A stretch of DNA of 62,551 bases, the filler included, from Collodictyon triciliatum (lineage: Eukaryota), in the NCBI GenBank assembly GCA_043381765.1. It is 8 parts of 8 records of this genome, joined end to end, with 100 filler letters (N's around TTAATTAATTAA, not from the genome) between each part and the next. Parts side by side here need not be neighbours in the genome. Positions count along the whole stretch, not along the records: positions 33,525 to 41,803 come from JBHJMP010003495.1; positions 41,904 to 50,181 come from JBHJMP010003496.1; positions 50,282 to 58,552 come from JBHJMP010003497.1; 5 more parts are not named here. One strand, written 5' to 3'. Both the position numbers and the translations under genes were made by a program. Below, in pieces: positions 37,586 through 50,428 of this stretch. Below the pieces are notes generated by a model. The model worked only from the letters and a program-made list of their open reading frames with translations. It did not search any database and was not told where the DNA came from. Position 1 is the stretch's first letter. Each line of letters opens with the position of its first letter.

Positions 37586-38347
37586 ATGGGACGCAAGCCG
37601 ATCAGCGCAGCGCAGCGGGCCAAGGCCAAAGTGCAGCACCCGATCTACTACGAGATGATCGCAGAGGCCCTCAAGACGCTGGACGACAAGGACGGGTCCA
37701 CCCGCGACGCCATCTCAAAGTTCATCCTCACAAAGTACCCGATCACACACCGCTTCGACAGCTTCTTCTCGCGGTCGCTGCAGAAGGGCCTGGACCAAGG
37801 CTTCTACACCCTCAACCGCGGCGCCTTCCGCCTCGGCCCCAACGCCGCCCTCATCGGCGACAAGGCCGCAAAGGACCCGCAAACCCCCGACGGCACCCCC
37901 AAGCGCAAGGGCCGCCCCCCGAAGTCCGGCACCCCGCGCCCGAGGCCCGCCCAGACCCCCGATGGCACCCCGCGCCGACGCGGCCGCCCGCCCACCAATC
38001 CGGTCGGCCCCGACGGCAAGCCCACTGGCCCGCCCAGACCCCCGAGTGGCGTGCCCAAGAGGCGCGGTCGTCCGCCCAAGGTGGTCATCGGGCCCGACGG
38101 CAAGCCCCGCCTCGGCGCAAAAGCCGCGTCTGCAGGCCCCAAGCCACGCGGCCGCCCCCCAAAGAACCCCTCCGAGAGGAGCGCGGCACGTGTGGCGCGG
38201 CCCCCGTCGGAGCCCAAGCGGCGCGGTCGCCCCCCGAAGGCTGCAAAAGCCGCCCCTGCTTCTGGATCTGGAGCGCTCGCCGTCTCCGCCGTGGCCAGAT
38301 CAGCCGTGGCCAAGCCGCGCGGCCGCCCAAAGAAGAGCGCCGTCTGA
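37586..38347 (+). CDS. Linker histone H1/H5 globular domain plus six AT-hooks (GH1-HMGA-like), intronless
   Basis: HPIYYEMIAEALKTLDDKDGSTRDAISKFI...GAFRLG, then six (K/R)GRP motifs. Confidence 0.92.
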   Translation: MGRKPISAAQRAKAKVQHPIYYEMIAEALKTLDDKDGSTRDAISKFILTKYPITHRFDSFFSRSLQKGLDQGFYTLNRGAFRLGPNAALIGDKAAKDPQTPDGTPKRKGRPPKSGTPRPRPAQTPDGTPRRRGRPPTNPVGPDGKPTGPPRPPSGVPKRRGRPPKVVIGPDGKPRLGAKAASAGPKPRGRPPKNPSERSAARVARPPSEPKRRGRPPKAAKAAPASGSGALAVSAVARSAVAKPRGRPKKSAV

Positions 38348-38408
38348 GGAGGCCGTTGGTACGATACCTGTGACCTTCTCCCTTTCCTGAAGACAAAAGA
38401 AACAACAA

Positions 38409-38462
<54 letters not shown>

Positions 38463-38737
38463 CAACAAAAAAGAAAAAGGAAGAATACTACTGCAACAGC
38501 CCGAAGAACACATTCTTGCTCTTCCCCTATCTCTCCTCATTCACTCATCGCCTCGACTAACCCTTCAGCTTAAGCTCTCTCCTCCAATTCTTGCATCCGC
38601 ACAAAGACAATCGTGATCGTTGATAAAAAGTTGATTATCTTCAATGACCCTCTATTTTATTTCTGCTTCCCTTTTCGTCACTGTCGATGTGGAGAGTGAG
38701 CAAGGGACGGTGTTGGATTAGACTGGTTTGTTTTTCT

Positions 38738-40094
38738 TCAGGCTACGAGACATCCGCTTCTGCTGCCTCTCTCCCTCTTGGGGATATCCTTGAATGCCAG
38801 ACCAGCTCGTATCGCCTCATCAAATATCCTTTTGACGTTCAACTGCACGAGGGAGGAACACTCGATATACCTAACGGCACCAATGGCGCTCGCTAGCCGG
38901 CGACCCTTGTACATGTTGCGTGTGTTACTTGCTTGAAAAGTTCTTGTGTATGGGTACCACTTGGGCAAAGATAAGGGGGTGATAATCCAGATAAAAAAAA
39001 AAGAGAATTATTTGTGCGGTTTTGAGCTCGCTGGGTTAGGCCTTCACCTGGTCTTCCGATATGGGGGCCTTTTGCCTACTCGCAAGGGTCTCCATGGTAT
39101 CTCTATCATCTCTTAAATCTACCTTCAACCCGGTCAAAATAACTGGTGATTTTGGGGCGTGTTTTCGAACTTCAGGGTACCACTGCACGGATTGAACTAT
39201 TTAGTACAGTAGCCGAGCACAAAGCCAACATATCCTCCATCCTGCACAAAATTGAATAAAAAAACAAAAAAACAAAACAGTAGCCGAGCAAGTACAACGA
39301 AGGAAAAAAAAGAAAAATAGTTCCGATCCTTACGCAACAGAAATAGATATTCCATTCTGAGCGCACAAACCTTTTCTCGTATGTTATCATACGAAATGGG
39401 ATTTGCAATCGAGAAGCATAATATAATGACGTGCTTTTGGATGTAATACAAGGGTCGGAGTCGTTCGTAATCATCTTGACCTTCCAATATAATATATTTT
39501 TTTTTGAAGGATTCAGTGCGCATAACTGGTGTATATTAATTCTTTCGAATGGGACGAACTCATCACCCCAACTGTTCTTTCTTTCTTTCTTTCTTTCTCC
39601 AGCCAACGCACAGCTCGGTAAGAAGGGATTCATAAAAGTGGCGATATTCATGGTTACAAACCTGGGGTATCTGTCAAGCTTAAGTCTACAGTTTGTCCAT
39701 CAATCTCTGTGGATATTGTTTGGTTATCAAACACAGTGGGGATGTACTCGACGGGAAAATTGTTTGTTGCATGAACAATCAAGAGACAGGTTTTTCTGGT
39801 ATTAAGAATTACAAATACACATTAAAATGCATCCTCCATTGTTTATTGATTGTGTTGATATTCGTTTTACCGAATAAAATTGATGAATACTACGATATAA
39901 TGGCCTGTATAAATGGTTGCCTCCGACAAATACAGAGAATGACGAATGTCTACGAAGTCTTCAGTTCTTGAGATGTTTTTCTTTTGTCCAGGTCGAGGGA
40001 TATGGTGTATAGCCCCACGAATCTCAACAAACCCAACAGTAGCATCTCCGACCAAGACGCAGTCGATCAGTTGTTTCTTTTGGTCAGGATTCAT
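38738..40094 (-). CDS. Rho/Rac-family small GTPase, 5 exons
   Basis: [48 protein letters not shown]-terminal CAAX CLVA. Confidence 0.92.
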
Positions 40095-40686
40095 GAGTGT
40101 CTGGCTGAGCTATGTGGTTCTGGGATGCGCAGGTTACCCTTTCGGGCAATTAATTACCATAAAGAACTCCTGAGAAAAAAAAAGAGAGAGCTCCAAAGAA
40201 AAGAGAAAAGAAGAGTGAAAAAGAGAGCGAAAAAAAAAACGAGCGGGAATGATAAGTAGGCATGCTTTAAAAAAAAACACAGAGAAAAAGAGGCAAAACA
40301 AGCAGAGATGGTTTTTTTTTAATGGACAAAAAACTAGTGCTGGGTGAACTCTCCTCCTATTGATTGTTGTCATTTCTGGAATATATATATATTTCAGTTA
40401 CATAGCAATACAGAAAGAAAGAAACGCGCTGACACCCTCCACACACCAAAGTATCAAAATACCAGCCTGTGGCAATACCACAGAGCCCAAACGATCCACA
40501 ACTTCAGGACTGACTGTTCTGCTCCATCCCAGACTCCTTATAGACCTCATTGACAGGAATGAAACAGCCCTTATGGGATATGACCTTGACTTGTCCTGAC
40601 AACTTCGTTTTCCTCTTTTCCCCCTTTCCTCCCTTCACTCTTGCCCCGGCACTTTCTACCAAACCCCATGGCCCAAAGAGTGAGGG

Positions 40687-41570
40687 ATGCAGAAGCCACC
40701 ACCCAGCAGAAGCGACGCGAATGCAACCGCCCTGGTCACAGCGAAATTGGCGGGCTTGGAGACCCACACACCTTCTGCAGTCATGAAAGGGGACCGGAGT
40801 TTGCGAGGAATCGAGAGGGCAAGAACGATTACCAAACAAAGCCCTGATCCTCGCCAAGAGCTCATATGTGACTTCTTACTTTCTTTTCTTTTTCTTTTTC
40901 TTTTTCTTTTTCTTTTTCTTTTTCTTTTTCTTTTTCTTTTTCTTTTTCTTTTTCTTTTTCTTTTTCTTTTTCTTTTTCTTTTTATTTCCCCTTTTTCTCA
41001 ATTGCAATCTACCTTGATAATTTCCCGCGCGGGTATTTTTTTTCTTGCACTGTCTTTATGACACTCTTATTTACGGCACAACAGCACAAGTAGCGACAGC
41101 AAAGGCTCCCTTATGGAAAAGTACGGCACATTCATCCGCCTTGCAAAATGACAGGAAGAAAGTCATGGATTGTTACCTCCAGGGGAAGGTGCATCACAAA
41201 CTCCAGCGGGAAGAAGCCCTGGCAGATATCGAGGAGTTTGAATACCGCTGTGGAATCCGAAAGATAGGGTCCCCTCGCAGAGGAAAGATTGAGCAGTGGC
41301 AAATACTGGAAGAGCCGAATAAGCGGGATGCTTATGAAGAGAGTGAATTCGATCCAAAGATAGAGGCTCGTTATGAGAGATGGAAGGAGGATGCCAAACG
41401 CTCAGTGTCAGCACATCGGTATTACGCGCCCACGAAAGAGCGATGCTCTTCAAAGGCGAGCGACCATGACAGCACCCCAAGAAGCTCTTCTACTAGAATT
41501 AAATCTTATGCATCTTTGGATAACATCACATCCAATGAAGCAGCTTCATATTCAACCTCCCGACAAAAGG
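40687..41570 (+). CDS. Hypothetical protein, two probable exons; boundaries uncertain
   Basis: Coding-like GC content and open frames separated by a (TTTTTC)n intron; no recognisable domain. Confidence 0.45.
40883..40983. repeat. (TTTTTC)n microsatellite
   Basis: Direct hexamer tandem. Confidence 0.95.
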
Positions 41571-41703
41571 TTTTGGGTGAAATCAATATACGTTTAGTGC
41601 ACCCACGAGGAATTTTCCCAACCTTTTGAAGTGCACATATTTTTGCTTTAACTGATGAAGATAGTAATGATTTTTTCCCTTTATTCGAATGAAGATAGTA
41701 ATG

Positions 41704-41803
41704 ATAACAATAATAACAATAATAACAATAATAACAATAATAACAATAATAACAATAATAACAATAATAACAATAATAACAATAATAACAATAATAACAA
41801 TAA
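41704..41803. repeat. (AACAATAAT)n microsatellite
   Basis: 9-mer tandem at contig end. Confidence 0.95.
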
Positions 41804-41903
41804 NNNNNNNNNNNNNNNNNNNNNNNNNNNNNNNNNNNNNNNNNNNNTTAATTAATTAANNNNNNNNNNNNNNNNNNNNNNNNNNNNNNNNNNNNNNNNN
41901 NNN
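41804..41903. other. Artificial contig linker
   Basis: N44-TTAATTAATTAA-N44. Confidence 0.98.
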
Positions 41904-42133
41904 CAACAAATAAAAAACAACAAATAAAAAACAACAAATAAAAAACAACAAATAAAAAACAAAAAAAACAAAAAAACAAAAAAACAAAAAAACAAAAAAA
42001 CAAAAAAACAACAATAAAATCCAAAAATCCAAAAACCCAAAAACCCAAAAAAATTAGTTCTATAAATCTCGCTACCAACAGGATTCCATAAGCAAAACTA
42101 TCAACAGTTCTTTTCCAGACCAAACCGAGCCCG

Positions 42134-45100
42134 ATGCAAACACGCAAACAGCGCCACAAGGAGCAACTACAATCGAGCACCAGCTCGACAAACGCAAATA
42201 CCTCAGTAGAGTTTGATCACAGCGATGCGAGTTTCGACCGTACTCGCCGTGGTCGTCCTCGAAGGAGCGAGTCCATCGAGACTGAACCATCAAAGACAAA
42301 CCTTGAAACTGGACAAGAAGCACTCGAAGCTCAACAACATCCAGAGAGCCCGCTTCCTCTCCGTTCTGAATCAGCCCAGCCAAACCACCTTATTCAAGCA
42401 CACATGACAAACGCACCGACGATTTCTAGTAATAGAAGCTCCATAAAGTCCAATGGGCATACTTCCATCAGTGAAACAGAGGTTTTTTCATATTATTATT
42501 ATTATCATTATAATTATTATTATTATCATCATCATCATCATCTCGGTGTTAAGTAGTCACACTTGAATCACATGCATGTGAGAAATAGTTCCATTTAATG
42601 AATACAAGTAAGATATTTATACACGTATAAGCACAAAGGAAACATCTGCCGTAGCACTCGGTTAATATGATGGAGGTACGTGTAGCCATCTAATATCCGA
42701 TTTTTCTTTCTCAGGAAGGTCACAGGCTTATCCAAGAAATCCAATTTAAAGGAAATCATGATGATATACATACACGCCAAAGTAACAATAGTATCCAGGG
42801 AAGTTTTGATAGCATCGATTCATTACAAATGCATAATGATATGTTCGAATACAAAGATGACAGTGGTGGGTTTTCTTACAATGATTCGATTATCAGAGGT
42901 TCCGAGTTCAAACTATCATCTTCGAAAGCGAACGATACAGGTTTTTTAGATTGTTTTACAGCCATACATTCTTTATCTCAGTCCCTTGCACATGAGAATA
43001 TGAATTCCACTATCCATTCAAACGAGACAAATCCTGCAGAAAATAGTTTTGCATCTTCAAATGGGTCTCTTTTCGATACAAACCTTTCTGTAATTGAACC
43101 AGAGACAAACGACAGAGTAAGGGCTATCCCCTTTCCAACAGACTCACCTTTGTATTGGACTTTTGATTCAAGTATGAGACGAAGGAGAGAAATGCCCTTA
43201 CATGGAATGAGCTCTCTCGAGACCTTATCAGAACTAGATTCCATCAATCGTGCATCAATAGACAGTCATAATTCAAGCAAAATTACACCCCTCAACCAAT
43301 TGAGCAATGTAGGCCAGCCCAATAGCCTAACCAAGGACCAGCCATATTGGCAAAGGAGGAAAAGGCTTTACCAGCAAATGAGTTTGGATACTACCGAATC
43401 TTCGCTGAATGATTCATTCCAAAAAATCATGACAGACTCCGAAGCTCAGCCAACTTCACCCCCTCCAAGAGGTCCAATTTACAAAAAAGATGGCAACACT
43501 AGATTAATACTACTGCCGTGGAGATCAAATTACATAGAAACCCAGTTTGCTAAGAGAATCATTCCAAGCACTTGTTCTCTCGGCCCTATTAATAAGCCCT
43601 TTGTTCGGATTCCAAAACTTCCAAAGAATTCTCGCACCTATGAAAGTTCTCTTGAAATTGTCGGAGCTATGGTGAATCGTTCAACAAGTAACTTTGACAA
43701 GATAGATGGTTCAATGATCGAATCTTTCCAACAAAAAACGACAAAACTTCAAGCGCAACGCAAATTTGATTTGCCATCCGTACTTTATTACTTTTCTCTT
43801 ATCTATAGCACCTTTGTTTAATTCATGAGACATATAGTGGTGAATACATCCTTGCAAAAATATGACCATAATTTTTATGACTTTCTTCAGAGCATGAGGT
43901 ATTCTATTTTGACAAGCTTTTCAACCAAAGGTTTGTATTTGGAAGAAATCGCTTCGAATAGCTATGATTTTTTTTTAATATCTCAAAATTATGTTTTTTC
44001 TTCGACCAATTGCAAGGTCGGAAGCAAAAAGGAGTGCGAGTATCAAATCCTAGCAATGAGGTTGCATTATCATTATGATTATCATTATCACCATTACTTT
44101 AAGAATGTCTTGTAATTCATGGTCTATGATTCATATGTATTGTGATGATGTCGTTAAATTTTAGATTCAAATATTTAGTGGAGTAAAATACTCAGTCTTT
44201 TATATACAATAAGGCGAATCAATCGAGTAAACAGGAACACCAAACGGTAAATGAGGAAAAGAAGCCTGAAAAAAACAGCGTGACAGAAGTTAAGAATGGT
44301 TTGTACGAATCACAAATTACATTAACATTATCAAAAATTCATTTCCTGTCCACTTTCATTTAGCTTTCATCGCCCATGAAGGAAAAAAGAAGAGAATTCA
44401 GAGCGATCAATTAGGTTTGATTATTTTAAACAATTTTTTTTTAATGAAATCGTGTGTATTATTGTTATACGGTTTACTTACCAAATAAATCCTCATCTTA
44501 GAATAATGGACCAACATTTTTAAATAATTATCACCCTAACCGTAGCTATAAAAGAGTCGAGTTCTATTTTGAGAAATCGCACACAAGACCACCCTGGAGG
44601 GGTTTCGAGGGATAAGGAAGTAATCACCGATACACATATAAAAATTTACATTCTTATAAAATAGTTACACTAAACTTGTTATTACTCTACATGCGCCAAC
44701 ATACCTAACAAGTGACTCGATTGATTCACTAAGGTTGATAATATAACGGGTGATACATACGAGGCTGCAAAATTCTTAAGCAGATCCGATGAGAAGTAAA
44801 TATCTAATACACGCATTTTAATTGATTAATATACCATGATGCTAGCACCCACACCCAAAAAAAAAATAACGATGGTGCCGATGATGATGATTTACTTATA
44901 TTGAATATTAAATTTTTTTTCCTTTATTCGATTCAATATTGAATATTAAATTTATTGAGACTGACTCCTTATAATAGGGTTCTGATTTGGTGTACCTGAT
45001 ATCGCACTCTATTCATTATAGCTTAACTTCTTTCAATAAGAACTTAGTCGTTCTATATATTACTGAAGATTGCAAACTAAATTACATACATATATATCAA

Positions 45101-46445
45101 CACGACATTTGATTGAGATATAGGCGGTCACAGTGGCATTAGATAGTGTTAAACTCAAAGGAAGACAAAAACGAAAGTCATTTGTGTCTGTGGGTAGGAT
45201 TCATACTGTCTATCTTACTTTTATTTTTCCTTTCAAAAATGTCATTTTAATGCATTTACTGTTCAATTATCAGGTGTTTCGGCTTCACCACCACTAATAG
45301 ACTCAGTCAATAGAATATCAGTCGATTACCGAGGTTCCTTTTTTAAATATATATATAGTCTTTTTAAAAATAGTACTGAAAAAATATTTTAGTTGGCTGC
45401 TAATATTTTGAATCCATATGCTCCTCCTTTTTTTTTTTTTTTGACCTAGATCTACGGGCATCTCTGATTAATAATCAGATAAGAAAGGGTGTATCCGATT
45501 CTGCAGAAATAGCGTCATACTTTGATGCATCCTGTGTGGATAATGTAATGAGATATATCATGTCTTTGTACGCCGATTAAGTTATTTATACCTTTTTCCT
45601 GCTCTATTCTGAAATATGTTTTAGAAAAGAGGAGAAGTTCCCAAATCCATATTCTCATGGAAGCGTTGCTCACGCCATATAGCCATCGCATATTTTATAA
45701 AGAATCATCAAACTGAATTCATCAAGGTTTGTAACATCTATTGAGAAATTCTTGTCTGTCATGGAAAAATCTTAAAAAAAAGCTTTCGCTTCAAATATAC
45801 TGGTTTTTTTCTCTACAAAGAAATGAAACACTTTTCCCCTTTATTGGGCTCAAGAGAAGAGCTATTTAGAAAAACTACATGATGCTTTTTGTTGTAATGT
45901 AGCCACTGGCATACAAACCGAGAAAGATGGATCCGCCTTTTGACCTACCATCGTGTCCGCTTATCATACCACCCGCGAAAAGGTCTTTTTGAAATTTGTA
46001 CACGTGTTATCTCAACCAAACCACATCGCTATATACACCAATACTACATACGCTCATAACTTTTTTCTCCTTCTCTCCAAAGTATTTGCCTATTGTCAAA
46101 TCAACTCACACCATCTCCCATTGGAATTTTTTATGTAGCCTTCAGCCTAAATAAACTGCAAGAACAACAGAAATTCCATAAACCATGGCTTCAATCCCTA
46201 ATGAATCGCAAAACTGCAGCCTTATTGGCTCAATTACACACGGCAAGGAGCGCGAGAGTTTGTGTGATTGCGCCAGATTCTTTGCGAATATAGATTCCCT
46301 CGACTTTCACCCTAGAAAAGTCATTTATCCCTATTTGGAGAGACCCACATTCATTTCCAACTCAACGGCCAACAATTCAATGAACCCACCTGCATTTGAT
46401 CATTCCCAAAGGCAGGGTCACAAATGTGGAATCGATGAGCACTAG
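42134..46445 (+). CDS. Hypothetical multi-exon, largely disordered S/T/N-rich protein with one AT-hook-like motif; boundaries uncertain
   Basis: Open exons at about 42134-42481 (RRGRPRR) and 42716-43778, then many short GT-AG-bounded exons. Confidence 0.5.
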
Positions 46446-47108
46446 CAACACGCACCAGTGTTTGACTTGTCCATTTTGCTGCGATCTCTTTCGATTGGTG
46501 CGAAAACCTAATTCATAAGAGCGCTTCAAACCAATGTGGGAATTGCATCGGACCATCACAAAACCAAAACACGGGTTCAAATACGCAGTAGAATATGATT
46601 CCCACCAAAGGTATTATAGAAAGGAAGGACGAAAGAGAAAAGCAGTGTGGGAGTCTCGTTTTTATTTTTATTTTTATTTTTATTTTTATTTTTATTGTAC
46701 TTTACTTCGGGAATTCACATGGGCGCGAAAGAAACGAGGTGATATGAAGAGATGGGCTCGAGTGATAGACAGATCACCCGGGCAAGAACAACCTTCTGCA
46801 ACCATGCCTCAAGCTTCTTCCATCCTGCCACGTTATCACAGCGCAGTCCATCGAAAATAGGAAGAAGGACACCACTCTTTCCCTAACAAACCACGTCTTC
46901 TTTTCTTTTCCAATACCAAAAAAGAAAAAAGAACAAAGAACAAAGATAATGGAAAATAGAAAAAGAAAAGAAAAGAAAATGGAACAAGTGAGTCTTTGCT
47001 GATTCAAGCTCTCTCGAAAACTGCCCTTCTCACTGCAGAAAAAAAAAAAAGAAAAGGAAGGAGAAAAAGGAAAACTCAGTCACCTCGATACATTACCAAA
47101 CGCCAGTC

Positions 47109-49908
47109 ATGCGCAACAAACCTGGAGCCCATTGGGTCGTACGAGCAATTCTCTGGCTGCCTTTGGTCTTCTTTGTCGCCTGCGCCTGGCCCATACTCCT
47201 TTTTGTCGGCATATTCATCGCCCTGCCGCTCTTGATTCTCTTCGGGTCGTTGTGTCTTGGCCTTGTCTTTCTTTTCCTTGTGTGGAGACATGTTACCCAA
47301 CTAGCAAAGGACGGTCTGTTCTCCCCCTTCTTTTCTTTTTCTTCTTTCTTCTTCCTACTTTCTTCTTCCTACTTTCTTCTTCCTACTTGTCCAACTCGAT
47401 TTGTTTCCCAAACTCTGCCTCAGAAGCCTAATACCAACCACGAAACCCACAGCTCCAGAGGGCATGAATGAGCCAGCAAGTCCGGCCTTCACAACTTCAT
47501 ACGTTCCCACACAACTGGACTGTGTCTCGGCTGCCCGCGAGAAGGTTGAGGTTCTTGTGACACCTGAAAGCAGCCCGCACATGACCGCCCTTCTGAAGCC
47601 CACACACTCATGGTCGGATTTGACGACCGAGTCCCACACAAGTGCCTTTGCGCTCAGCAGAGTCGGCTCGTCGGTTTCTATGGACCGCAGTCTTGCCCGC
47701 TCACGTGCCCCGTCCTTTGTGCTCAACTGTGCGCATGTGACTCTGGCAGAGGACTCTGGCAGCCCCGTGCGCAACTCATCCCCGACTCAGTCCGCTTCGC
47801 CTACGCGCTCGTCTCTGTTCCCGTGCGAATCAGACGGGCTGGCTCATGACTCGTCTCTACTGGCAGGTACGCCTGATGAATCGGCCTTTTCTGCTGTTGC
47901 CACAAAGACATCAACAACTCATTCGTCTCCGGCCCGACGAGTCTCTCTGGTTCGGCGTGCAAACGGTAGATTCTCGGGCAAGATTCATTTGCCGCCAGGA
48001 CTGTATACTTGTCAGTATCTTGTCGACGACCGACCTGATGAGGTGACGCTCCTGCATGTGGCGGATCCGAAGAAGCCTCTCCCTGCATCTGTTTGGCTTT
48101 CTCCCAACCTCGATGTGGTTGCATTTCTGCGGCATCTTTCGTTGGGGGGCCTCTTTGACCTGGATGATGTGTGCAAAGTCATCCAGTTGGCAAGTGCCTT
48201 GCTCACGACGGAGCCTTCTCTCTTGCGGCTGTGTGGGTCAAGAGTTTACGGTATTTTATTTATCTTATATTATGATGTTTTGCTTCACTTTACTTTACTT
48301 CATGTTCTCCATGGCAGAGTACTTTTAAATTGAATAAAAGGGATGAGTGGGAAAATTTCCTCTATGCACCTGATTTGGTGCTATTCATTAATGAGTAATC
48401 TTTCTAGTTTGCGGTGACCTTCATGGTAATTTGGATGCGTTTAATCAATTAATTGAATTGGTCGGGAACCCTATGTCGTCGGATACTCAGATTGTATTCC
48501 TTGGTGATTATGTTGACAGAGGAAAGAAATCTATGGAGATTGTGCTTGGTGTATGTTGCTTAAAATTAGCATATCCAAATCAAATTCATTTACTCCGTGG
48601 CAATCATGAGTGTACCTATATGAGCACAGCCAATAATTTACAGGGTTCTGATTACATTCATTATGTACTCTATATATGAACTAAAAAATTTTTTCAATAT
48701 ACAGTATTTTTTAATCTAATTAGTCTATCCAAACTAGTTTTGTAAATTATGTGATTTTTTTTTAAAAAAAAAAACGAATCATTGATAAAAAAACAACAAA
48801 AATATTAATAAAATAGATCGCGTGAAAAATCCGTCTGTAATGGATGCCATTAAAAATTGGTTTGCTACGCTTCCATTGGCTGCTGTTGTGAATGATAAGT
48901 TCTTTTGCGTTCATGGTGGTCTTTCCCCAAACCTCAAATCAATGGATTCAATCGAGTCTCTTCGTCGGGATACGAAGGAAATACCTACATCCGGACTACT
49001 CTGGTAAGATATTGGAAAAGTATTTTCTTTATTTTTTTCTAAAAATAATAATTAATACATCATATTCTCAATCCAATTAGCACTCTTTCTGAATGGTTTT
49101 TTTTAATGCTGTTTGTATTAGTGACTTGCTGTGGTCCGATGTTTACGATGATAGTCGATCCGAGTGGCAGACAGCTGGATTTTCAAAAAATTCAGAAAGA
49201 GGATGTGCCCACTATTATGGGTCAGTTTTTATACTCTTCTTCTTCTTCTTCTTCTTCTTCTTCTTCTTCTTCTTCTTCTTCTTCTTCTTCTTCTTCTTCT
49301 TCTTCTTCTTCTTCTTCTTCTTCTTCTTCTTTTCTTCTTCTTCTTCTTTTCTTCTTCTTCTTCTTCTATTTGTTTATTTCAACTTTGGAGTTAAGCGATG
49401 TCAAAAAAAATTCACTAGTACCCACACATGGATACGTAAACCATGGGAATATACATATTTATATATCCGCATGACTATTTCGTAGATACCAATCAGTGAA
49501 GCAGTTTCTTCGACAAAACAAGCTCATTTCTATAGTTCGGGCACACGAACACCCAACAAAAGAGTAAATAACCATTTGAATTCCAATCAAATATCACAAA
49601 AGTGATTGCTTCTATGTACACATGTTTTTTTTTCTCTTCTATGACTTGTTTAAAAGTTTGACCAACAAAATAGGAGAAAGGAGCTGTTTCTCTATGATGC
49701 CGAAACAAAGTTTCCTATGGTTTTAACCATATACTCGTCAAGTGAAGTCAGCCGTCCTCACTCAGCCTTCGGCCTATTGACCAATGACTCTGTGGTAACC
49801 TTCACCAGAAAAGGCTCAAAACTGCACGAATTCAGTATTTCCAAGGAGAACGAGCACACCGCTGAGGGGCCCACATTGCAATTCACGCCCCACCAACCAG
49901 AAAATTAA
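47109..49908 (+). CDS. PPP-family Ser/Thr phosphatase, calcineurin-like, with hydrophobic N-terminus
   Basis: GDLHG, GDYVDRG, LRGNHE, CVHGGLSP, DLLWSD, N..RGC..YYG, SIVRAHE. Confidence 0.88.
49235..49367. repeat. (CTT)n intronic microsatellite
   Basis: Trinucleotide tandem. Confidence 0.95.
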
Positions 49909-50181
49909 TCCAAATAGCACATGTCTTCTTTGCAATCACTCATGAACCTCTTTCTTATTCTGACATCCTTTTATGTATCCCGAGCCAACAAACTTACACC
50001 CTTTTTATTGATGGAAACTGATTTCTTTTTTCCCTTACCAATTGTAAATACTATAAATTTGGATCTTAAGTTTGTTTGTTTGTCTGTCTGTCTGTCTGTT
50101 TGTTTGTTTGTTTGTTTGTTTGTTTGTTTGTTTGTTTGTTTGTTTGTTTGTTTGTTTGTTTGTTTGTTTGTTTGTTTGTTT

Positions 50182-50281
50182 NNNNNNNNNNNNNNNNNNN
50201 NNNNNNNNNNNNNNNNNNNNNNNNNTTAATTAATTAANNNNNNNNNNNNNNNNNNNNNNNNNNNNNNNNNNNNNNNNNNNN
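50182..50281. other. Artificial contig linker
   Basis: N44-TTAATTAATTAA-N44. Confidence 0.98.
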
Positions 50282-50347
<66 letters not shown>

Positions 50348-50428
50348 TTTTTTTTTTACTTTTTTGCTTATTTACTTTTTGTTTATTTTTGGGGCCTCAA
50401 CTCTTTGCTACAGACAACTTTGGGCCTG

